NCBI GenBank assembly: GCA_050944155.1
Contig: JBMNQN010000012.1
Location: 1-29,197, forward strand
Length of the DNA stretch: 29,197 bases
Direction: 5' to 3'
From: Candidatus Methanomethylophilaceae archaeon
GTDB taxonomy: Archaea; Thermoplasmatota; Thermoplasmata; Methanomassiliicoccales; Methanomethylophilaceae
A program made the translations under genes and the position numbers. The notes beneath the pieces were generated by a model. The model had not been told where the DNA came from. It was given only the letters and a program-made list of their open reading frames with translations, and did not search any database. Below, one piece after another: positions 9,182-16,609 of the stretch; position 1 is the first letter of the stretch, and the number at the start of each line of letters is the position of its first letter.

Positions 9182-10360
9182 TTATTCGCGGCGTACTATC
9201 ATCGTCACGGCGTTTCCGCCGCCGAGGCAGAGAGTCGCCAGTCCCGTCTCTTTCTTCCTGTCTTCGAGGGCGTAAAGCAAGGTGGTCATTACTCTTGCGC
9301 CGGAGCATCCGATGGGATGACCCAGAGCAACCGCTCCGCCGTTTACGTTGAATATTTCGTCGGGAACGTTCAGTTCTTTTTTCACCGCACAGGATGCGGT
9401 GGCGAAAGCCTCGTTGTGTTCGAAGAGATCGATGTCGTCGATGGTCATACCGGCTTTCTTGAGAACGTGTCTGGTCGTCGGTATGGGAGCCTCCATAATC
9501 AGTTCGGGAAGAACTCCCCTTTCGCCGTAGGCAACTATGGATGCCATAGGCTTGATTCCGTGTTCTTCGGCCCATTTTCTTGACGTAACCACAAGAGCGG
9601 AGGCTCCGTCACTCAGCTGAGACGAATTGCCTGCGGTGACCTTTCCGTCTTTCTTGAACGCGGGTTTGAGTTTTGCCAAAGCTTCCATGGTGGTATCCGG
9701 TCTGATTCCTTCGTCCTGGGTTACGACGATGTCTTCTTTTCTCCCGCGAACGGTCACCGGAACGATTTCCTTTTCGAATTTTCCTTCGGAGGTGGCTTTG
9801 GCCGCCTTGATGTTGCTTTCGTAAGAGAGTCTGTCGGCGTCTTCTCTGGAAACGTTGAATCTGTCGGCGACGATTTCGCCGGTCATTCCCATGTGCTGGT
9901 TGTTGAATATGTCCCAAAGACCGTCGTGTATCATTGCGTCAACGGCCTGCTGGTCTCCCATTCTGTATCCCCATCTCGCCCCGTTAAGAAGATAGGGAGC
10001 GGAACTCATGCTTTCCATTCCTCCCACGGCGAGAACGTCGTATTCTCCGGCTTTGATTGCGTCTGCCGCGAGCATTGCCGCTTTCAGTCCCGATCCGCAT
10101 ACGGCGTTTATCGTGAAGGACCCTATTTCCACCGGAAGACCCGCGCCTACCGCCGCCTGCCTGGCGGGATTCTGACCCAGTCCCGCGGAAATCACGTTCC
10201 CCATTATGCATTCTTGAACGTCGTCGGAAGCTATTCCGGCTCTTTTTACCGCTTCTTTGATTGCGATGGCTCCGAGATCCGTAGCTTTGAGGTTCATCAG
10301 AGATTTTCCGTATTTTCCGACGGGTGTCCTGGCTGCGCTTATTATTACTGCTTCTTGCAT
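9182..10360 (-). CDS. Acetyl-CoA C-acetyltransferase (thiolase, AtoB/PhbA-type)
   Basis: ARTPVGKY, GQNPARQ, VCGSG (catalytic Cys), GGMESMS, NEAFA, GHPIG, LCLGGG. Confidence 0.95.
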   Translation of the reverse strand: MQEAVIISAARTPVGKYGKSLMNLKATDLGAIAIKEAVKRAGIASDDVQECIMGNVISAGLGQNPARQAAVGAGLPVEIGSFTINAVCGSGLKAAMLAADAIKAGEYDVLAVGGMESMSSAPYLLNGARWGYRMGDQQAVDAMIHDGLWDIFNNQHMGMTGEIVADRFNVSREDADRLSYESNIKAAKATSEGKFEKEIVPVTVRGRKEDIVVTQDEGIRPDTTMEALAKLKPAFKKDGKVTAGNSSQLSDGASALVVTSRKWAEEHGIKPMASIVAYGERGVLPELIMEAPIPTTRHVLKKAGMTIDDIDLFEHNEAFATASCAVKKELNVPDEIFNVNGGAVALGHPIGCSGARVMTTLLYALEDRKKETGLATLCLGGGNAVTMIVRRE

Positions 10361-10416
10361 AGAGTGCCTCCGGCGGAACCGTACTCTGAATATGTGGTAT
10401 TAAAGACTGTCGATAT

Positions 10417-11733
10417 TCAGGTACGACCATTGACGAATTCAACCGGCTGACATACTCCCATTCTTTTCAGCGGTTTGGAGAGGTGGCGTCTTGCGGCTAC
10501 GGGGGGTTCGTACCATCCCGGAACAACCTGTCTGACTTTTTCTTCGGTCACCGGTTTTTCCGAAAAGGTTCTGCATCTTCTGCAGCGGTATCCTTTGTCC
10601 TTTCCGACGGATTCCATGGTTTTTCCGCATCCCGGACAGACAGGATTGGAAATTTTCGAAATTTCGGGTACGACGGATATCACTTTCACCTTCTCTATAT
10701 TAAGAGTTCTGGGTTCTTCCCTCAGTTCGCCCATAACTCCGATACTGTCTCCGGGACAGAGCCAGTCGAAAAGATATCTGAACTCTTTGGAAGGTTCGTA
10801 CGCCGCACATTCCAGTTTTCCGTATTTCGTTTCGATTGTTACGAAAACGTGTCCTCCCTCTATTCTTTTGACGGATTTCACGGTTCCTTCGATATAATAG
10901 GAACTCATGGGAGTCGGAATTTTCGGATTTCTGATTATGTGATCGTCGGTTCCCTGATTCGTAAGAAAGATCATTTTTCTTTCGAGGTCTTCCGTAACTA
11001 CGGTTTCCGAAGCGGGAAACAGTACGGAAGGATCGTCTCCCCTGAGGCCGTACATAACGGGACAGGGAGTGGCCGGAATCATGGCAACCTTATGAAATCT
11101 GGGTTCCCAGCTGTTGAAAGTCGAAGAAAAAGAAGAATCCATTCTGCCTATGGATTCGGAATCGAATATGCGTTCGGTACCCCATCTCTTTTCCGGACGG
11201 TAAGCTATGAGTTCGAAAGTACGGTCTCCGGGTCTCCAGGCCATTCCGCATAAACTGCCCGTAAGTCCCCGTCCGTTTCCCCACGTATGCGTCAGAGCTC
11301 CGATTCTTTTGATTTCTTTGTCTATTTCTTCCCGTTTTACTATCGTTCTGACGCCTTTTGTGTAAAAGGACCGGGAAGGTTTTACCGAAGAAACAATCAA
11401 ACCGGAATCAGAATCTTTCTGACGGAATTTTTCCGTTATCGGAATGACCGAATCCAAAAGTTCTTTCGGATCCGGCTCTCTTGTTTTCTGTTTTTCGAAA
11501 CAAAAAATATCTCTGTTTTTTATTCTTCCGATTTTGATTTTTTTACCGGTTCCGTAACCGAATTTCAAAGATAACGAACCGTTTCCTCTGGTTTTCCATG
11601 GAACGGCGGGATTCAGACGGACGAGTCTCGGGTATCCTATAAGATCCAAATCCACGGATCCGATTATTTCGGTGGCGAGAAAGGTCGTGCATAATCCTTT
11701 CGGGGAATCGGTGTCGTCTACGGAAAGATACAC
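10417..11733 (-). CDS. tiaS: tRNA(Ile2) 2-agmatinylcytidine synthetase
   Basis: SVDDTDS..GLCTT, PRLVRLNPAVPWKTRGNG, TNQGTDDH, OB fold (GGHVF, AAYEP), zinc ribbon CPGC..CRRC, RRHLSKPL. GTG start with GGGAG upstream. Confidence 0.96.
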   Translation of the reverse strand: MYLSVDDTDSPKGLCTTFLATEIIGSVDLDLIGYPRLVRLNPAVPWKTRGNGSLSLKFGYGTGKKIKIGRIKNRDIFCFEKQKTREPDPKELLDSVIPITEKFRQKDSDSGLIVSSVKPSRSFYTKGVRTIVKREEIDKEIKRIGALTHTWGNGRGLTGSLCGMAWRPGDRTFELIAYRPEKRWGTERIFDSESIGRMDSSFSSTFNSWEPRFHKVAMIPATPCPVMYGLRGDDPSVLFPASETVVTEDLERKMIFLTNQGTDDHIIRNPKIPTPMSSYYIEGTVKSVKRIEGGHVFVTIETKYGKLECAAYEPSKEFRYLFDWLCPGDSIGVMGELREEPRTLNIEKVKVISVVPEISKISNPVCPGCGKTMESVGKDKGYRCRRCRTFSEKPVTEEKVRQVVPGWYEPPVAARRHLSKPLKRMGVCQPVEFVNGRT

Positions 11734-11759
11734 ACTCCCGTTCAGAGCATCCGATTATT

Positions 11760-12065
11760 TTAGGTGTACTCTATCAAAATCATATTTTTTACGAAAAACA
11801 TACTTCCGTCTTCGGAATATTCGCCGTTCACTCTGTAAACGGACATATTTTTCGGCTTTTCTCTGGAGAAGCATTTTTGTGTCGTTCCGTCCGAAAAATC
11901 CATCAGAAAAACAAATCCGTTTTCGGTTTTTCTGACATCGTGCACTATTCCTTCCGTATTTTCTTCGTTCTCTTCTTCTCCGTTTACGGATACCCAAATC
12001 AAAGAAAATAACAAAACCAAAAATAACCCTGTTATGAAATATCTGTCTCTCAAAAAATCCGTCAT
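11760..12065 (-). CDS. Small hypothetical membrane-anchored protein, possible OB-fold-like beta domain
   Basis: ATG start, one N-terminal TM segment (YFITGLFLVLLFSLIWVSV), acidic linker, beta-rich tail; ends 26 bp before tiaS on the same strand. Confidence 0.65.
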   Translation of the reverse strand: MTDFLRDRYFITGLFLVLLFSLIWVSVNGEEENEENTEGIVHDVRKTENGFVFLMDFSDGTTQKCFSREKPKNMSVYRVNGEYSEDGSMFFVKNMILIEYT

Positions 12066-12119
12066 AACGGGTTATTTTTCCCGTTTAATAGGAAATATAC
12101 CGTTACAATTAGTATAAAG

Positions 12120-12145
12120 CCCCCCACCCCTTCATTTCCACTGGA
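12120..12145 (-). promoter_or_regulatory. Origin recognition box (ORB) 1
   Basis: Minus strand reads TCCAGTGGAAATGAAGGGGTGGGGGG, matching the archaeal ORB core TCCAGTGGAAA plus G-string; lies upstream of cdc6. Confidence 0.9.
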
Positions 12146-12425
12146 GAAGGGAGAAAATAAATATTTTTCAGAAAAAATTCAGAAATACGTACCTATAACG
12201 TAAAGAATGCCTACGAATGCAGCTATTCCGAGTACGCACGCACTGATCACACTGATTGCTTTTTTGTTCATTGTTTTTCACATTCCTTGATTGGAAAGGG
12301 TTATTGTCTTTACTCAAATAAATAAACCTATCATTCTTCTTCCGGTAAAAAAATCAGATAACCAATCCAACCTAGAAAACTCTTATATGTATGATATTTA
12401 TTCATAGGAAACTGCGGTATTTCCT
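12146..12425. other. AT-rich non-coding region: probable oriC / DNA unwinding element and cdc6 promoter
   Basis: Longest intergenic stretch in the window, visibly AT-rich, lying between ORB1 and cdc6. TATA-like TTATAT at 12383-12388 with a purine-rich BRE-like run upstream. Confidence 0.72.
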
Positions 12426-12431
12426 ATGAAT
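12400..12431. repeat. Perfect 12-bp inverted repeat overlapping the cdc6 start codon
   Basis: ATTCATAGGAAA (12400-12411), 8-nt spacer CTGCGGTA, TTTCCTATGAAT (12420-12431). Confidence 0.8.
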
Positions 12432-13661
12432 GAAGAAGAATCCATTTTCAAACCGTTTATCGAAAAAAGAAATGCTCTCGTAAAAAATAAAAGAATTCTT
12501 CAGTCTTCATATATACCGGAACAGCTGCCTCACAGAGAAGAATAGATAAAAGAAATAGTAAACATTTTGGCGCCTTCTCTGGGAAGAGATAAACCTTCCA
12601 ATATTCTGATCATAGGAAAAACGGGAACCGGAAAAACGGCAGTTATGAAATACATAGGAAAAGAGCTGAAAAAAGCCGATGTCGATGAAAAAAACTGCAG
12701 TTTTATTTATTTGAACTGCGAAGTAGTGGATACTCCTTACGGAATGCTTTACAATATCGGAAATCAAATAATAAAAGACGAAACAAAAAGTATTCCTTTT
12801 ACGGGATGGAGTTTGGACAGAGTTTTCAATGAACTTACCAAATATATAGACAAAGAAAACAAAATTTACATCATAGTTCTTGATGAAATAGATAGATCTT
12901 TTCAGAAAAACGGAGACGACATTTTCTACTTTTTAACAACAATAAACGAAATAATGGAAAATTCCAGAGTTTCAATAATAGGAATAAGCAACAATCCTAA
13001 ATTCACGGATTTTCTCGATCCGAAAATAAGAAGCAGACTGGGAGAAGAAAAAATAATATTCCCTCCTTACACCACAACTCAGTTACAGGATATTCTTCTT
13101 GACCGTTCCAAAGACGCTTTCGAAAAAGATGTTATTTCCGACGGAGTGATATCTTATTGTGCAGCATTGTCTGCTCAGGATATGGGCGATGCAAGAAGAG
13201 CTTTGGATCTTCTCAGAATAGCTTCAGATATTGCCGAAAGAAACGGAGACAAAGTAGTCACTGAAGCTCACGTGAAATATGCAAAAAATAAAATTGAATT
13301 GGATGCTGTTTCCGAAGTAGTAAGAACTCTTACTCCTCAATCCAAAACCGTTCTGATGAGTATAGTAATCAATACAGAAAACAACAACTCGACCATGAAT
13401 ACTGGAGACGTTTTTACAACTTACAAATACATCTCCGAAATTCTCGGAACTTCCGTACTTACGCAGAGAAGAGTTGCAGGTCTCATTTCCGAATTAGATA
13501 TGATGGGTCTTATTCACGCCAGAGTAAAATCTTTCGGAAGAGCCGGAAGAACAAGAGAGATAGAACTGGGATCCAAAGACGTTGTGGATCTGATTAAATC
13601 CGACGACCTTTTCAAGAAACTCAAAAATTACAAAAGTGTCAAGCAGACAACTCTTATTTGA
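12426..13661 (+). CDS. cdc6: Orc1/Cdc6 replication initiator, 411 codons, with an in-frame TAG at codon 40 (probable pyrrolysine readthrough)
   Basis: From ATG 12426: MNEEESIFKPFIEKRNALVKNKRILQSSYIPEQLPHREE*IKEIVNILAPSLG, continuing in frame into GKTGTGKT (Walker A), IVLDEID (Walker B), RSRLG, GDARRALDLLR and a C-terminal winged helix (ISELDMMGLI..SFGRAGRT). Confidence 0.93.
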
Positions 13662-13667
13662 TGTGTT

Positions 13668-13693
13668 TCCAGTGGAAATAAAGGGGTGGGGGG
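13668..13693 (+). promoter_or_regulatory. Origin recognition box (ORB) 2
   Basis: TCCAGTGGAAATAAAGGGGTGGGGGG, 25/26 identical to ORB1 in the opposite orientation, 6 nt after the cdc6 stop. Confidence 0.9.
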
Positions 13694-13700
13694 GTTGCCC

Positions 13701-13739
13701 CGAAAAATGAATTTCAGTTGTCTGTTTCTTCATTTTTCG
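13701..13739. repeat. 11-bp inverted repeat between convergent cdc6 and fmdE (possible terminator or protein-binding site)
   Basis: CGAAAAATGAA (13701-13711), 17-nt spacer, TTCATTTTTCG (13729-13739). Confidence 0.55.
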
Positions 13740-13787
13740 ACGACTCATATATAAGAGGGCCGATGCACGAAAATACAAACAAAATTT

Positions 13788-14327
13788 TTACATCCATCCC
13801 CTGTCGTATGACTTAAAACACGAAAGACAGACCTTTTTTCCTTCCTGAAGACGGATCATATCTTCTCTTGTTTTTTCTTTGCAGTTTTCGCAGCGGACAC
13901 TTTCGAAAATTCTTGCTTTTTCCGGAAGTTCGAAATCCGGTTTCTTGAAAAGGAATACTTCTTCGGCCGGAGATTTCAGTATTTTTTTTGTTAATTCTTC
14001 TCTTCCGAGATTCTCCCATTCGGCAGGAAAATCCGTTACGACTCTGATACTTTTTCCGCTTTTTCTCGAAAAGAAAGAGTAAGCGCTTTTGCCTCTGGGT
14101 CTGAATATAAGATTTCCTTTTCCTGCCGTGCAGGACAGCAGATACTGTATACAGTCGATTCCGCAGGCATCGTTTTCGGAAACACATACCAATTCTTCGT
14201 CGGCGGCTCTTTCCATGGGAATGTTCATTTTATCCATCGCAGCGAAAGCAGCGGCAAAACCTATGGCGAGACCGGGACAGCTGTGTCCGTGAAAATCGAT
14301 ACATTCTTTCCAGAGTTTTTCGTCCAT
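13788..14327 (-). CDS. FmdE/FwdE-family protein with C-terminal zinc finger
   Basis: FHGHSCPGLAIG, ENDACGIDCIQYLLSCTAGKGNL, C-terminal CENC...CLSC. Confidence 0.92.
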   Translation of the reverse strand: MDEKLWKECIDFHGHSCPGLAIGFAAAFAAMDKMNIPMERAADEELVCVSENDACGIDCIQYLLSCTAGKGNLIFRPRGKSAYSFFSRKSGKSIRVVTDFPAEWENLGREELTKKILKSPAEEVFLFKKPDFELPEKARIFESVRCENCKEKTREDMIRLQEGKKVCLSCFKSYDRGWM

Positions 14328-14363
14328 GGATTCGCCATAATATTTTTCATAATATAATACTTA

Positions 14364-14391
14364 GTGTTACTATATACTAAAATATTAATAC
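14364..14391. promoter_or_regulatory. Putative NikR-like operator in the divergent fmdE / ABC promoter region
   Basis: GTGTTA-N16-TAATAC has the half-site character and 16-nt spacing of the E. coli NikR operator GTATGA-N16-TCATAC, and encloses the TATA-like TATATA. Confidence 0.5.
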
Positions 14392-14413
14392 GAACAGCGT
14401 ACTTTTCCGAAAT

Positions 14414-15781
14414 ATGAACCAAAAGATGATTTTGGCGATTATCACCACGATCATTGTGGTTTCTGCCGGTGCAGTATACGTAATTTCCGAAGATTTCGTA
14501 AATAAGGAAGAGTACGACAGCAAAATCACGGATATGGCCGGACGCACGGTGGAATATAACAGTAATCCCGAAAGAATCGCTTTGCTCGGTCCCAGCGCAC
14601 TGAGACTTTATTGTTATGCAGGGGATATGGACAAATTGGTCGGTATCGAAAGCATAGAATACGAATGGGGAAGGTTCGAAGGCCGTCCGTATATGCTTGC
14701 CTACAAAGATTATTTCGAAACCCTGAAAACGGACATAGGTTCAGGAGGACCCCGCGGAGTTCCGGATTTTGAAAAACTTCTGGATGCCGATTTGGATGTT
14801 CTTTTTACGACTCAGGGTATGGAGGTTGCCGAACTTGACAATCTTCAGAATAAAATCAGAACTCCCGTAATCAAATTATCTTACGGCAATAACGCACCCT
14901 TCGACGAAGACATTTACAGATCGATGGAAATTATCGGTAAAGTATCCGGTTCCCAGGAAAAAGCTGACAATGTCATCAATTACATCAAAGGAATCAAAAA
15001 CGATTTTAATACACGCACCGCGGACATACCGGAATCCGAAAGAGCAACCGTGTACATAGGAGCTCTTTCTTACGGCGGTGCCCACGGTCTCGAGAGTACG
15101 ACGAGATCTTACAATCTGTTCCAAGAACTTAACATCAAAAATGCTTACGACGAAAAGCTGAAAGAACTGAACAAGGATGTCGGGCAGGAACTGCATCGCG
15201 TCGACTGGGAGTTCGTTCAGGAAGTCAATCCGGAATACATAGTGGTAGACGAGGGTGGTCTCGATCTCGTTCGGCAGAATTGTGCAGATTTTCCCCAAAG
15301 ATACGATAATATGAACGCGTTTATGAACGGAAACGTGGTTGTTCAGATGTCGTTCAACTGGTATGCCAGCAATCTGGAGATGATTCTGGCCAACGGGTAT
15401 TTCATAGGAAAAACCTACTATCCGGAGAAATTCGCAGATGTCGACATGAAAGAAAAATTCGACGAAATCACTACCAATATGCTCGGTAAAGCTCTTTACG
15501 ACGACGTGAAAAAGGAATATGTATACAGTTTTGACACTTGGAACACCAAATCCCATACCGTAACGTATCCCGGCGTTTCCGAAGACTATGTTTTGGAAAA
15601 GGGAGCCGAAGGCAGTCTGTTCAGAGGGAAGGAAATATCCTTCTCCGTGACACCCGGCGAAGGAAAAACCGTTACGGTAAAAGTCAACGGTACGGAAATA
15701 GAAGGTACGGACGGAAAATACTCCTTCAAACTGATGGGAGATTCCGTCATATCCGTAGAGACGTCTTCGGGCGGGGTGTAA
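14414..15781 (+). CDS. Metal-chelate (Fe-siderophore/cobalamin class) ABC transporter substrate-binding protein with extra C-terminal beta domain
   Basis: N-terminal anchor, ITDMAGRTV..PERI, DKLVGIE, DFEKLL..DVLF, VDWEFVQEVNPEYI (class III SBP); about 75 additional C-terminal residues. Confidence 0.9.
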   Translation: MNQKMILAIITTIIVVSAGAVYVISEDFVNKEEYDSKITDMAGRTVEYNSNPERIALLGPSALRLYCYAGDMDKLVGIESIEYEWGRFEGRPYMLAYKDYFETLKTDIGSGGPRGVPDFEKLLDADLDVLFTTQGMEVAELDNLQNKIRTPVIKLSYGNNAPFDEDIYRSMEIIGKVSGSQEKADNVINYIKGIKNDFNTRTADIPESERATVYIGALSYGGAHGLESTTRSYNLFQELNIKNAYDEKLKELNKDVGQELHRVDWEFVQEVNPEYIVVDEGGLDLVRQNCADFPQRYDNMNAFMNGNVVVQMSFNWYASNLEMILANGYFIGKTYYPEKFADVDMKEKFDEITTNMLGKALYDDVKKEYVYSFDTWNTKSHTVTYPGVSEDYVLEKGAEGSLFRGKEISFSVTPGEGKTVTVKVNGTEIEGTDGKYSFKLMGDSVISVETSSGGV

Positions 15782-15783
15782 AT

Positions 15784-16608
15784 CTGCTGACGCTCGAGGA
15801 CATCAAGAAGGGATGGGATTCTCCTTCCACGTATTATCTCCAGGAGTGCGCCTGGGACGAGTCCGCGGGACATTACGCGGATTTTCCGATACCGACGGTA
15901 GACGACAACGAATTTCTGAGACTCGTCACGGAGGTTCACGAAGGCGGTCCTTCGGAAACAGCTTTGGACGTGGGCTGCGGAACCGGTCAGTATTCCGTTG
16001 CTTTGTCCGGAAGTTTCGGCAGAATCGTAGGGGTGGATTTTTCCGAGAATATGATAAAAACAGCGAAACGCCGCGCAGCGGAAAACAAAGTTTTCAACGT
16101 GGAATTTTACAAAAGAGACTGGAAGTCCATGACCGCGGACGATCCTCTGCTGAAGGACGGTTACGACATGGTTTTTGCCCATACCACTCCCGCGGTGTCT
16201 GATGCCGCTTCTTTTTCCCTGCTGGTTGACGTATGCAGAGGAACGGGCTTCTGTTCCACGCCCGTAAGGCGCAGGGACGGCCTGCTTGCCGAAATGTGGA
16301 AGGAACTCGGATACGATTACGACGGCAGGTTCGACGACAGCGACGCGATACGCAGGTTCGGTCTTCTCTGGCTCAGAGGATTGAATCCGATGATGCATTA
16401 TGAAAAAGACGTTGTATGGAACGAAGACAGACAATTTGAAAAAGCGATACAGATATGCACGAGAGACGTTTCGAGACGTCTCGGACCGGATTCCGGAAAG
16501 GAGAAAGAAGTCGAAGAATTTCTCCGTTCGAAAGCCGGAGACGAAGGAATCGTAAGTTCGGTGACGAACACGGAAATCGCCACGGTTTATTGGAAGGTTG
16601 GAGTGTGA
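15784..16608 (+). CDS. Class I SAM-dependent methyltransferase (start uncertain, probably CTG)
   Basis: Motif I ALDVGCGTG, VGVDFSENMI, YDMVFA. No in-frame ATG/GTG/TTG between the SBP stop and motif I; CTG CTG follows an SD-like GGGGTG. Confidence 0.85.
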   Translation: MLTLEDIKKGWDSPSTYYLQECAWDESAGHYADFPIPTVDDNEFLRLVTEVHEGGPSETALDVGCGTGQYSVALSGSFGRIVGVDFSENMIKTAKRRAAENKVFNVEFYKRDWKSMTADDPLLKDGYDMVFAHTTPAVSDAASFSLLVDVCRGTGFCSTPVRRRDGLLAEMWKELGYDYDGRFDDSDAIRRFGLLWLRGLNPMMHYEKDVVWNEDRQFEKAIQICTRDVSRRLGPDSGKEKEVEEFLRSKAGDEGIVSSVTNTEIATVYWKVGV

Positions 16609-16609
16609 A

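Noticed and set aside
12283-12300. TTCCTTGATTGGAAAGGG as a third ORB
   Set aside because: Core spacing differs from TCCAGTGGAAA and the G-run is short; at best a degenerate mini-ORB.
12567-13661. cdc6 starting at TTG 12567 as in the ORF track
   Set aside because: It drops the conserved YIPEQLPHRE N-terminus, which is present in frame upstream with its own ATG and TATA-like box; no SD precedes 12567.
12426-13661. cdc6 as a decayed pseudogene
   Set aside because: A single TAG, no frameshifts, all motifs intact, flanking ORBs preserved, and no TAG stops elsewhere in the window. Not fully excluded without reads.
12120-13693. The 26-bp inverted repeats as terminal repeats of a transposon/IS
   Set aside because: The sequence matches the ORB consensus, the enclosed gene is the ORB-binding protein, and there is no transposase or evident target-site duplication.
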